Source: Phycisphaerae bacterium (lineage in GTDB: Bacteria > Planctomycetota > Phycisphaerae > UBA1845). From it: a stretch of 63,650 nucleotides of DNA. The notes below the pieces were generated by a model. The model had not been told where the DNA came from, searched no databases, and saw nothing but the letters and a program-made list of their open reading frames with translations. Position 1 is the stretch's first letter; the number at the start of each line of letters is the position of its first letter. Below, piece after piece: positions 36,553 through 45,469 of this stretch. The DNA lies in the NCBI GenBank assembly GCA_040235375.1, contig JBECKQ010000254.1, forward strand, positions 1 through 63,650, in the 5' to 3' direction. Made by a program: the position numbers and the translations under genes.

Positions 36553-37785
36553 CTAACCGATGATGCCACTGCCGGCGATATTAATGCCTTTCAGCCGCAT
36601 CATAAGCTCCTCGGGATTGGGGGCCGCGGCCAGCGCGGTGGTCTGGTCGATGTACTCGTCCTCGACGAGTCGCCGCAGGCTCTCGTTGAAGTCGATCATG
36701 CCCTCTCCGTGCGAGGAGCGGACGACGCTGATAATGGAGCTGTCCCGACCTTCGGCGATCAGCTTGCGGACCGTGGTATTGACCAGGCAGATTTCGAGAG
36801 CGGGGATGCGCGGCACGTCCTCGCGCACGGTTTTCAGCAGCTTTTGGCAGATAATCGCCTGGAGGTTGAATACCAGGGAGGTTCGAACCAGGCTGCGGGC
36901 ATTCTCCGGAAACAGCTCGAGCACGCGGGTGATGGTGGCCGCGGTCCCAGAGGCGTGGACCGTGCCGAAGACCAGGTGCCCGGACTCCGCTGCGTGCAGG
37001 GCGGCGGCGAACGTATCCTCGTCGCGAAGCTCGCCGATCAGAACGACATCCGGGTCCTGGCGCATCAGGTATTTGATGGCGCGGTGGAAGTCGCGCACGT
37101 CCATCCCGATCTCACGCTGGTTGACGAAGGCCTTCTTGTCAATGTAGAGAAACTCGATGGGGTCCTCGAGCGTGACGACGTGGCACGGCCGGGTCTGGTT
37201 GATCTGTTCGATCATGGCGGCGATCGTCGTGCTCTTGCCGCTGCCCGTGATGCCCGAGACGAGGACGAGCCCCTGCTGCTTCATGGCGATCTGGCTGAGC
37301 GTGTTGGGCAGGTGCAGTTGCTCGTAGTCGAGGATTTCGTTGGGGATGCGGCGGGCCGCCATCGAGGTCATGCCCCGCTGGCGGAAAGCGTTGATGCGAA
37401 AGCGGGACCCTCCCTTGGCCAGGTGGGCAAAGTCGATCGATCCCTGGTCCTCGTACTTGGCCCACTGCTCCTCGGTCATGATCTCGCGGAGGAGCTTGTC
37501 GATCTTGCGGGCGCTCAGCGGGCCGGTGGCCATGGCCTTTATCGAGCCGCGAACGCGAACGCGCGGTGGGGAGTCCGCCTTGAAATGCAGGTCGGACGCC
37601 CCCATTTTCTCCGTGGCCCGGAAGAATTTGTCAATCCGGGCAGCATCGCGCTTCTTGGGCGGGGGAGTCGGGGTCTCCTCCGCGATCTCCGCGCTCAACT
37701 CCTCCGTTTCGATCGGACGCAGCTCTTCGATTTCCGACACGGCAGTTCCCTCGATGGCGTGCAAATCAACACCGGCGGGGCCCAA
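36553..37785 (-). CDS. pilT: PilT-family type IV pilus retraction-type ATPase (all motifs intact) with an acidic N-terminal extension
   Basis: 'LVLVSGITGSGKSTT' (Walker A), 'VVTLEDPIEF' (Asp box), 'PDVVLIGELRDEDT' (Walker B) and 'GHLVFGTVHASGTA' (His box). Confidence 0.9.
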   Translation of the reverse strand: MGPAGVDLHAIEGTAVSEIEELRPIETEELSAEIAEETPTPPPKKRDAARIDKFFRATEKMGASDLHFKADSPPRVRVRGSIKAMATGPLSARKIDKLLREIMTEEQWAKYEDQGSIDFAHLAKGGSRFRINAFRQRGMTSMAARRIPNEILDYEQLHLPNTLSQIAMKQQGLVLVSGITGSGKSTTIAAMIEQINQTRPCHVVTLEDPIEFLYIDKKAFVNQREIGMDVRDFHRAIKYLMRQDPDVVLIGELRDEDTFAAALHAAESGHLVFGTVHASGTAATITRVLELFPENARSLVRTSLVFNLQAIICQKLLKTVREDVPRIPALEICLVNTTVRKLIAEGRDSSIISVVRSSHGEGMIDFNESLRRLVEDEYIDQTTALAAAPNPEELMMRLKGINIAGSGIIG

Positions 37786-38021
37786 ATCGCAGCATTATTG
37801 TAGGGCTGTCGAAACGCCGGGCAAGCGAACGGCCGCTGGATTGCGGGGGCGAGGGTCTGCGGGCGGCCCCGGCTCTTCGGTGGCTTGTGGCTCCCCCCGC
37901 GGTGCGACTAGCATTCGCGTGGACAGGGCTTCGATTCGGCGCGGGGCGGGCTATCGGGTGCAGTTGGCGGGCGGGGGCCTGAAAACGGGTGGGGGCGGCA
38001 GCCATGGAGGAAGAGCCGGGC

Positions 38022-38834
38022 ATGCGGCCACGAGAACCAGCATACGCGTTCACGCTTGCCGAACTGCTCGTCGTTGTCTCCGTGCTCGCGCTCCTCATCG
38101 CCATCCTGCTTCCGTCGCTTCGCCGGGCCCGCGATCAGGCCAAAATGGCGGCCTGCGCCGCGAATCTGCGGCAGATCGGCGTTGCCATCCGGCTTTACGG
38201 CGACGACAACGCCGGCCACATCCCGCGTGGCCCCGAGCCTGATTCGCCCTTTGATTTTGGCGCGAACGATCTGGCGACCAATCAGCTCTGGATCGGCGAC
38301 AATGGCATCGCCCCGATGAACAACCACCCCGACGAGTACAACGGGCTCGGCACGCTGCTCGATACCGTCTCCCCCGATCCGAAGGTCCTCTACTGTCCGG
38401 CCGACGACCAGTTCAACCTGGATGAGGAGTTGCCGCGGATTCGAACCGCCGACGATGCCTATGGCTCCTATCTCTACCGGCAGCTCGACGATCTCCCGCC
38501 GGCGGAGTCGCCGGGTCGGATCGACTACCTGGGCACGAACGTCGTGGATGGCCGGCCGGTGCCGGTCGAGGCACTCGCGATGGATACGAACAGCCTGGGG
38601 CCCGAGGAGTTCGGCCTGCGCCACACGAACCACCGCGGACTCTTCGTCAACATCGTGTTCCGCGACACGTCCGTACGCCGCTTCCGCAACCGCGACTACG
38701 TACTGGCGATACCGCCGACCGCATTCGCCGACATGGCCAAACTGCCGGCCAGTATCGATCAACTGCTCACGAACGCCGATTTTGGGTATCGGTTCGATCC
38801 GACCGATGCCCCGTCGATCGACACCGGCGACTGA
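38022..38834 (+). CDS. Prepilin-type N-terminal cleavage/methylation domain protein (DUF1559-like pseudopilin)
   Basis: 'AFTLAELLVVVSVLALLIAILLPSL'. The C-terminal 'HTNHRGLFVNIVFRDTSVRRF' resembles the H-X9-DG tail. The ORF track starts at 37989; the ATG at 38022 gives a typical short leader. Confidence 0.85.
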   Translation: MRPREPAYAFTLAELLVVVSVLALLIAILLPSLRRARDQAKMAACAANLRQIGVAIRLYGDDNAGHIPRGPEPDSPFDFGANDLATNQLWIGDNGIAPMNNHPDEYNGLGTLLDTVSPDPKVLYCPADDQFNLDEELPRIRTADDAYGSYLYRQLDDLPPAESPGRIDYLGTNVVDGRPVPVEALAMDTNSLGPEEFGLRHTNHRGLFVNIVFRDTSVRRFRNRDYVLAIPPTAFADMAKLPASIDQLLTNADFGYRFDPTDAPSIDTGD

Positions 38835-38965
38835 ACCGGGACGGCTGGCCAAATGTCCCATAATATCGCCGTTGCCTGCGAAAAAAGGGGCATCGGGTGG
38901 TACCGTCTGGACCGAAGGTACAGTCCGTGGCACGCGCAGACCATCGAGAAACCAGGCACTATGCA

Positions 38966-38983
38966 AAGAGCAGTGGCACACGG
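38966..38983. repeat. Dispersed 18-nt exact repeat aagagcagtggcacacgg (copy 2 of 2)
   Basis: Identical to 22301-22318. It lies directly upstream of the GC hairpin at 38981-39000. Confidence 0.7.
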
Positions 38984-39000
38984 GCGGGGGCGCCGCCCGC

Positions 39001-39049
39001 TGAAAACTGATCACTGAAGACTGATCACTGAACACTGCAAACTGAAAAC
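39001..39049. repeat. Seven tandem heptads TGAnnAC (tgaaaac tgatcac tgaagac tgatcac tgaacac tgcaaac tgaaaac)
   Basis: Read directly from the sequence. It is preceded by the hairpin gggcgg-gggcg-ccgccc (38982-38998). The 19-nt core actgaacactgcaaactga (39027-39045) recurs at 58300-58318. Confidence 0.8.
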
Positions 39050-39209
39050 TGCCTTCGGGCTTCCGGCTCGCGTCGCGGTCGAATCGTCATGTAGAATGTA
39101 GACGGTGCGGACGCCTCGGGCGGCGTGTGCATACGATCACGCAAAAAGGAGCAAGGTGCAAACCGGACGGGCGGTCCAGGCAAAGGGGCCGGAATCAGGA
39201 GACCCAGCC

Positions 39210-39665
39210 ATGAAGCTCGAAAGCTATCTGCGCGAACAGGGAGTCGAGTTCCAACAGGACAGCCACTCGAAGACGTACACGGCCCAAGCCCTGGCCCATG
39301 CGGAGCACGTGACCGGGTACATGGTGGCCAAGCCCGTGATCGTGAAGACCTCCTCCGGCTTCACGATGTGCGTCGTGCCGGCGCCGAAGCAACTCGATCT
39401 CGAGCGCGTCGCCGAGGTGCTCAACGCGAGCAACATCCGGCTGGCGACGGAGCAGGAGATGGCCGACCTGTTTCCCGACTGCGAAGTCGGGGCTGAACCT
39501 CCGGTGGGCAAGCTGTACGGCCTGCAGACGCTCATGGACGCACAGCTCGAAGAGGACGAGTACCTCTTTATGCAGGCCGGCAGTCACACGCAGGCGATCA
39601 AAGTGAAGCGCGAGGACTGGCAGCGACTCTGTAATCCGCAGGTGGCGAACATCACGCTGGCGTGA
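39210..39665 (+). CDS. YbaK/EbsC-type aminoacyl-tRNA deacylase domain protein
   Basis: ATG at 39210 with AGGAG upstream. 'VAKPVIVKTSSGFTMCVVPAPKQLDLERVAEVL' and 'EVGAEPPVGKLYG'. Confidence 0.8.
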   Translation: MKLESYLREQGVEFQQDSHSKTYTAQALAHAEHVTGYMVAKPVIVKTSSGFTMCVVPAPKQLDLERVAEVLNASNIRLATEQEMADLFPDCEVGAEPPVGKLYGLQTLMDAQLEEDEYLFMQAGSHTQAIKVKREDWQRLCNPQVANITLA

Positions 39666-39705
39666 GCCTGCCGCCGACCGCTGCACTGACCCGGCGAGCC
39701 AGGCC

Positions 39706-40419
39706 TTACGAGCGCCCGTAAACGGGCACAAGCGCTCCGCGCGTGCACGTGTTGGCGCCGGAAGCTAAGAAGGCGACGGTCGCCGCGACGTCGGCAACCC
39801 TCGCCCACGCGGAATGGTCGGCGTCCGGCATGGCCTTTCGGTTCGCTGGCGTATCCATGATCGACGGGACCACGGCATTGACGAGTATCCCGGAGCGGAC
39901 AGCTTCCTGCGCCGCTGCCTGCGTGATCGCGGCGACGGCCGCCTTGGCCGCGGTGTAGGCCACCATGCCCGCGCCCGTGCGGGGCTCGAGCGCGACACGG
40001 GCGGCAACGTTGACGATCCGGCCCTCCTTCGCCTCGCGCATTCGCTTGACGGCTTCGCGGCAGCAGAGAAAGCAGGTCGTCGCGTTCATATCGAGTTGTG
40101 CGCGGAAGTGATCGAGCGAAGCTTCATGCAGCGGACTCATGGCAAACCCGCCCGCCACGTGGATCGAGGCCCAGAGCGGCTTTTCGCGAACGGCCTCGGC
40201 GAAGAAGCACTCTGCCTGACGTTCGTCCGCGAGGTCCACGACCGCTATCATCCGAACGCGCTCGTGATTCGAGAAGGCAAGGCCGGAAAGCTTGCCGCTG
40301 TCGGTGCAGGGGATCGTGCAAAAAGCTCCCGCGGCGAGCAGCCTTTCAACGACGGCGGCGCCGAGCGCTCCGATGCCGCCTGTGACGATGACTTGCCGGC
40401 CCGCAAAGTCGTTGCTCAT
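39706..40419 (-). CDS. SDR family oxidoreductase
   Basis: 'VIVTGGIGALGAAVVERL' (TGxxxGxG) and 'YTAAKAAV' (YxxxK). The start ATG overlaps the stop of the upstream GGDEF gene (ATGA). Confidence 0.85.
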   Translation of the reverse strand: MSNDFAGRQVIVTGGIGALGAAVVERLLAAGAFCTIPCTDSGKLSGLAFSNHERVRMIAVVDLADERQAECFFAEAVREKPLWASIHVAGGFAMSPLHEASLDHFRAQLDMNATTCFLCCREAVKRMREAKEGRIVNVAARVALEPRTGAGMVAYTAAKAAVAAITQAAAQEAVRSGILVNAVVPSIMDTPANRKAMPDADHSAWARVADVAATVAFLASGANTCTRGALVPVYGRS

Positions 40420-41747
40420 TCCGATTCCTCGATCTGGGCATCGGGCGAGGTGGTTTGGGCGCAAGTGTCGCCGGCAAACATGAACACCTGATTCTTCCCG
40501 GCCCGCTTCGCCCGCAGCAATGCTTCGTCCGCGCGGGCGATCAGGTCTTCCGCCACGGCGCCGTCCCACGGATAGCTGGCCAGCCCGCCGCTGATGGTCA
40601 ACGCACCCTTCGGTTCGTTGGTCAGCGACTCGCACTGGCAGTTTCGCAGCGCCTCCTTGAACCGAGCAAGCACCGCGAGGGCGTCAGACGGATGCTGGCT
40701 GCCGGCGACGCGCGGCTGGTCGGCGTCCCAGAAGATGACGCAGAATTCATCGCCGCCGTAGCGCGTGACGAGGTCGTGTTCGCGGCAGTGGTTCTGGAAG
40801 AGCTGGCCGATCCGTTGGATGACTTCATCGCCTGCGTCGTGGCCGTAGTCGTCGTTGTAGGATTTGAAGTTGTCGATGTCGAACAGCAGGACGGTCACAC
40901 GGAAGCGCTCTTCGCGGGCGCGCTCGAGCAGATCGCGGATGAACCGCAGCGCGTACCGGCGATTGTGCAGGCCGCTGACTTCGTCGGTAAAGGCCTCGCG
41001 CCGCCACTGGCGCTGCGCGTCGGCCGCGGCAAGCAGGTGTGCGGCAAGCGTCGCGTAGTGGCTGAGCTTCTCGAGGTCAGCCGACTGATAGGGCAGCGAT
41101 CGCCCGCCGATCATGATCTGCCCGATCGTGCGCCCTTCTCGGCGAATCGGTTCCATGAGGACCGGCTCGAGTACGGTTCCGCCACTACTGACAGCCGTGC
41201 CCTCGATCACCAGCGTCGCCGACTCGCTGCCGAGCGCGCAGCGGATGAGATCGGCGAGCTTCGAGACAAGCTCGAAGTCGTCGCCGCCGAGGGATTCCAG
41301 AAGACCGGCAAGCAGTTTGATCTCATCCATCGAGGCCGCCGGCGAATACTCTTCCAGCGGCCGGAATTGACGCACGCCAAGCGCTTCGTCGAGCTCGCCC
41401 GAGTCCGGGGGAAGGAGGACGTATTCGTCGGCGCCACCGGCGAGAACGCGGCGGACAGCGGGTTCCGCCTCCGGCTCACAGCAGAGGATCACGCGCGTCT
41501 GGTCGCCGGCCGCCTCGCGGAGTCCCGCCACCGCCTCCGCCAGTCGCGGCTGATCCGCATCGACGCAGGCGATCACCGCGCGGACCCGACCGCGCGTAAG
41601 GTCGTCGACGCCCTCGACCAGGTTGGACGCCTGACCGATCGTCCAGTCGGGGTAGCGCTGGCGCAGAAGATCAAGCAGGTCCGCCCGATCACCGATCAGC
41701 AGCAGGCGGTCGCGTCTCAGAATATCTGTTTCGCGCTGGATTATCAT
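40416..41747 (-). CDS. Diguanylate cyclase with degenerate receiver-like N-terminus, GAF-like middle domain and GGDEF domain
   Basis: 'LLFDIDNFKSYNDDYGHDAGDEVI' and 'RYGGDEFCVIF'. N-terminal 'LLLIGDRADLL...AVIACVDAD'. Confidence 0.85.
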   Translation of the reverse strand: MIIQRETDILRRDRLLLIGDRADLLDLLRQRYPDWTIGQASNLVEGVDDLTRGRVRAVIACVDADQPRLAEAVAGLREAAGDQTRVILCCEPEAEPAVRRVLAGGADEYVLLPPDSGELDEALGVRQFRPLEEYSPAASMDEIKLLAGLLESLGGDDFELVSKLADLIRCALGSESATLVIEGTAVSSGGTVLEPVLMEPIRREGRTIGQIMIGGRSLPYQSADLEKLSHYATLAAHLLAAADAQRQWRREAFTDEVSGLHNRRYALRFIRDLLERAREERFRVTVLLFDIDNFKSYNDDYGHDAGDEVIQRIGQLFQNHCREHDLVTRYGGDEFCVIFWDADQPRVAGSQHPSDALAVLARFKEALRNCQCESLTNEPKGALTISGGLASYPWDGAVAEDLIARADEALLRAKRAGKNQVFMFAGDTCAQTTSPDAQIEESE

Positions 41748-41750
41748 TGC

Positions 41751-42761
41751 TCATTCTTCAGTGGCGCCGTCGTCCGGCCCTTCCGGTGGCGTCTCCTGAG
41801 ACTCGCCGCCGAGCAGGGCGTCGAGTTCCTCAGGTGTCAGTAAAGGCACGTCCACCTCGTTGCGAGGCGCCGGCGGCGGTGCCGGCCCGCGTGGAGCGAT
41901 GCGCTGCGGGGCGTCGCGATATCGAAGCCAGGGCACACGCGCCGAGGAACTCGTTTTCGACCCATCCTCCCCCTGCTTATCGCCCTCGTTCGCGACATCA
42001 CCCGCCGGTTGCTCATCCTCATCTGCCGGTTCCGGCTGCGGGACCGCATCGCCCTCTTCCAGCAAGGCCGCGGCTTCGTCCCTTTTCGTTCCGACGGATG
42101 CCATCCCGTCGTGGCGACGCAAGGCTTCCGATAGAAGTCTCGCCCTACGTTCAGCATCCAATTGATTACCGGCTGAGGCAAATACTTCATCCATTTTCTC
42201 GCGATTATCGCCGCTAAGAGGGCGTCGCGGATGTTGAATACCATCCCGGGCTTGCTGGTCGATGGCGGCGAGCGCCACGTCGATCGCGTCCGGCGTCAGC
42301 TCGGCTGTCGCACCAAGCCCGATAGCCTGTTCGATCTTGCCCTGAACCGGGCGGGACGCAAGGACGAGAATCGGGGTGTCCGCCTGACGCCGCCGCAGGA
42401 CCCTGAAGAACTGCATCTCCTGCGTTGTCAGCCAGTCCACGGCGACAATGACCATCCGCGGCGGGTTGCGAACGGCACGCACGAGCCCCCGGTAAACGTC
42501 CGTACACGAGCAGACGGCAGCGCGGTGCGTCTCGAGGGCTTCGGCCACGTTGGTCGGCAGGCGGTCGTCCGCCGAAGCGATAATGAGAACTTCCGCTGAG
42601 GAGCCGGATGGTTGCACGGCGCGCCCCTCCTGGCCTGCGATGCGATGCCCTTTCCGCCAAGTGCCAGTGTAGGAATACGGGCCGCCAGGGTCAATGAGTT
42701 CACGTCGCAACCGCGCCATGTGTCCGCAGCGTGCGATAACGCGATCCGCGCGTCGGACCAT
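41751..42761 (-). CDS. Receiver-domain protein with an acidic/Pro-rich disordered C-terminal tail
   Basis: 'AEVLIIASADD...RMVIVAVDWLTTQEMQFFRVLRRR...TPILVLASR'. The start codon is uncertain (alternative ATG at 42719). Confidence 0.55.
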   Translation of the reverse strand: MVRRADRVIARCGHMARLRRELIDPGGPYSYTGTWRKGHRIAGQEGRAVQPSGSSAEVLIIASADDRLPTNVAEALETHRAAVCSCTDVYRGLVRAVRNPPRMVIVAVDWLTTQEMQFFRVLRRRQADTPILVLASRPVQGKIEQAIGLGATAELTPDAIDVALAAIDQQARDGIQHPRRPLSGDNREKMDEVFASAGNQLDAERRARLLSEALRRHDGMASVGTKRDEAAALLEEGDAVPQPEPADEDEQPAGDVANEGDKQGEDGSKTSSSARVPWLRYRDAPQRIAPRGPAPPPAPRNEVDVPLLTPEELDALLGGESQETPPEGPDDGATEE

Positions 42762-42814
42762 GGTGTGACGAACCCGCGCGCACGGGCTCGTACGAGATCC
42801 GCCCGGACACTGAA

Positions 42815-43624
42815 TCAGTTGTGGCTAACGGCTGCCGAAGCGTGACCGGCAGCCGCGGCTGAGTGCTTGGCGGCGATCTGGGGAGGGGGGGCGACAGGGC
42901 GCTCGCGGGGGCGTCTGAGCTGCCTGGCGATTTCATAATGCACGAAGCGGTAGTTAGCGCAGTCGCCATGGGCGCCGGCCCACCCGAGCCGCACCCAGCT
43001 TGGATCCCAGCCGATGTTGACGACGCGGTTTTCGAGGCCGTGCGGTGGTGTCAATCCGACAAGTCCGATGGAAGCGACGCCGCGCTTGCCGTCGATCGTT
43101 CCCACGAGCTTTACGGATTCGAGCACCTTATCGTGCGGGGAGTGGTAGACGTAGATCTTGCCAGTCATGTGCTTGAGGGCCGCCGTCATGTCGTAATCGT
43201 GCGACAGTGACGATCCGAGCAGCACGAGGTTGTCGACCTTGGTGCCGTCGTCGAGCGCTTCGATCGCCCATGTGGCGACGCCGGTACCCGCGGACAAGGA
43301 GATGATGTCAATACTGTTCTTTGGATAACGGCGGTGATAATCCTTGATGCGATCGGCGAGACCGGCGGCGCGAAGCTTGGCGCCGGGAATGTTCAATTGA
43401 TCGATCAACGGGTTGAAGGACAACGTCCAGACGTAGATCTCGACGTCGCCCTTGTAGCCGGCTTCCTTGAGGCCCTTGGGAACGCCGACCGCGCCGAAGC
43501 CGAGATTGCCGGCTCCGTCGAGGTAGTAAATCTTGCCGAACCTCTCTGCGGCTCCGCCGTAATGGCAGCCGCCGGCGAGTGGGATCGCCAGGAGAATGAC
43601 AAGTAGGACCGGCCTTCTGGTCAT
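42815..43624 (-). CDS. Lipoprotein, alpha/beta-hydrolase-like
   Basis: Start 'MTRRPVLLVILLAIPLAGGC' (lipobox) and 'IDIISLSAGTGV' (GxSxG-like nucleophile elbow). Confidence 0.6.
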   Translation of the reverse strand: MTRRPVLLVILLAIPLAGGCHYGGAAERFGKIYYLDGAGNLGFGAVGVPKGLKEAGYKGDVEIYVWTLSFNPLIDQLNIPGAKLRAAGLADRIKDYHRRYPKNSIDIISLSAGTGVATWAIEALDDGTKVDNLVLLGSSLSHDYDMTAALKHMTGKIYVYHSPHDKVLESVKLVGTIDGKRGVASIGLVGLTPPHGLENRVVNIGWDPSWVRLGWAGAHGDCANYRFVHYEIARQLRRPRERPVAPPPQIAAKHSAAAAGHASAAVSHN

Positions 43625-43854
43625 GCCACCAAGTCCTGCAAGAGCCGTCGAAAGAGAGGGAAGATCGACTCTTCGATCAGCGTCGTAGTGTAGGCGCGAA
43701 CGACAGAGGGTCAAGTGACGATGAGCGGCGCGCCGTTTTGACCGCTGCCCTCCGTGCTTCTACCATCACGACCGATTACCGGAATCGGTCTTTTCCCAGT
43801 GTCAGACCCTCAAAACATCGGTCGGTTAGACCGGCGTATTAAGGAGCGGCCGGC

Positions 43855-44532
43855 ATGATCCGGGTGAAAATCTGCGGCGTCACGACTCCAGATGATGCGG
43901 TCGCTGCTGCGGCGGCCGGCGCCGATGCGATCGGCCTGAATTTCGTGTCAGGTCTGCGTCGGATCGAACCGGCGCCGGCGGAGACGATCCTCGCAGCGCT
44001 GCCGCCGATGTGCACGCCCGTCGCGCTGGTGGACGTCGACGGCGCCGGCATTCTGCCTCATTATGCGGACGTGCTGCATCGTTATCGCGTGTCGCATCTC
44101 CAGTTGTACGGAAATGTCACGTCCGAGACACTGGCACGGCTCGTGGTCGGCGGATTTAAGCCAATCCTGGTTCACCACGTCCGCGCCGGCGACTTTCCAG
44201 AGCGACTTTGTGACGAGCTTCGGCAGTTAGCGGGTCATCCACCGGCGGCCCTGCTGCTCGACGCATATCGTCCGGGTCAGCTCGGCGGGACCGGCGTGGC
44301 CGCGGACTGGAATTCCATCGCCGCGGTGGTCGCGAGCGGGCAGGCGGCCGGCTGGCCGCCGCTCATTCTGGCTGGCGGCCTGACGCCCGAGAACATTGAA
44401 GAGGCAGTCCGCACGGTACGGCCATGGGGCGTGGACGTGTCATCCGGCGTGGAGTCCGCCCCTGGGCGAAAGGACCCTCAGCGCATGAACGCTTTCATCG
44501 AGGCCGCGAGGCACGCGGCCGGTCAGGAATGA
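43855..44532 (+). CDS. trpF: Phosphoribosylanthranilate isomerase
   Basis: 'MIRVKICGVTTPDDAVAAAAAGADAIGLNFV' and 'LAGGLTPENI'. Confidence 0.9.
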   Translation: MIRVKICGVTTPDDAVAAAAAGADAIGLNFVSGLRRIEPAPAETILAALPPMCTPVALVDVDGAGILPHYADVLHRYRVSHLQLYGNVTSETLARLVVGGFKPILVHHVRAGDFPERLCDELRQLAGHPPAALLLDAYRPGQLGGTGVAADWNSIAAVVASGQAAGWPPLILAGGLTPENIEEAVRTVRPWGVDVSSGVESAPGRKDPQRMNAFIEAARHAAGQE

Positions 44533-44564
44533 GGGCCTGACGGAACGCACGGTCGGCGGCGAGG

Positions 44565-45275
44565 TCAGGCGCGGAACTGCGCTGAGGCCGTTGCTGTTTT
44601 GGGCGGATCGGCGAGGTTCGCGGCGGCGAAGGCCTTCGCACGGCTCATGCATCCCCGGCAGACGCCACAGGGAACATCGTCACGACGGTCGCACGACCAC
44701 GTCAGATCGAACGGCGTGTTGAAGCGCATACCCAATCGAATGATCTCGTCGCGCGGCAGGTCGATCAGCGGCGTCTCGACGGCGACGCGCATCCGGCCCG
44801 GATGCAACTGCTCGAACGTCAGGCTCGCCAGGTAGAAGAACTCGCGACGATGGTCGGCCGCCCCCGAGCCGGGCCCGGACTCCGATTCGAGCTCATCGGC
44901 CAGTTCGCTGGAACCCGCGTGCAGCGCCGTCGCGCCGATCCGGCGTGCGAACTGGTAGCCCACGGACAGCATGGCGGTCGCCAGACCGGGGATGGATGAG
45001 GGTTCTCCGTCGCCGCTGAGGAGCGAGTCGGCCGAGGCGGGGTTCGCGGCGCCGGGTCGCTGGATGGCTTGCACCTGCGCGACATGCGGCAGATCGACGA
45101 CCGTGACGTTCGACCGCAGATGATCAGCGAGGTCGTGCACCGCTCGGCGCCGTGCCGCGGCGGACCCCTGGCCGTAGTCGAAGAAGAGCAGGTGCACGTC
45201 GGCGTCGGCCTTCGCCCGCGCGGCGGCCACGGTACTGTTAATCCCTCCGCTTCCCAGAACGACGATTCGCTCCAT
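44565..45275 (-). CDS. QueC-like PP-loop ATPase (7-cyano-7-deazaguanine synthase family)
   Basis: Start 'MERIVVLGSGGINST' (SGGxxS PP-loop with Asn where QueC has Asp). C-terminal Zn motif 'CDRRDDVPCGVCRGCMSR'. Confidence 0.7.
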   Translation of the reverse strand: MERIVVLGSGGINSTVAAARAKADADVHLLFFDYGQGSAAARRRAVHDLADHLRSNVTVVDLPHVAQVQAIQRPGAANPASADSLLSGDGEPSSIPGLATAMLSVGYQFARRIGATALHAGSSELADELESESGPGSGAADHRREFFYLASLTFEQLHPGRMRVAVETPLIDLPRDEIIRLGMRFNTPFDLTWSCDRRDDVPCGVCRGCMSRAKAFAAANLADPPKTATASAQFRA

Positions 45276-45469
45276 CACCGTTGACTCCTGCCGAACCGGC
45301 CTCCCACGATGGATTATCGGCAGACGGCGCTTGGCAACCATGGCAAATCAGGGGCAACATGCGGGTTGCGACGCCTTCGCAAGCGGCTTATCGTGATGCC
45401 CCATTGGCGCTCGGCTGGAACGGTCTCCTGCTCCCGACCGGCCGTGGTTGCCTCCAGGAGTTGCTGAAC

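Noticed and set aside
39001-39049. Tandem repeats considered as a possible CRISPR array or minisatellite
   Set aside because: The repeat unit is only 7 nt with no spacers, and no cas genes are present. It is reported instead as a heptad repeat element.
44565-45275. QueC-like protein with PP-loop 'SGGINS' (Asn instead of the usual Asp)
   Set aside because: It is a single conservative-looking substitution judged by eye, and the Zn-binding C-terminus is intact. That is not enough to claim altered function without an alignment.
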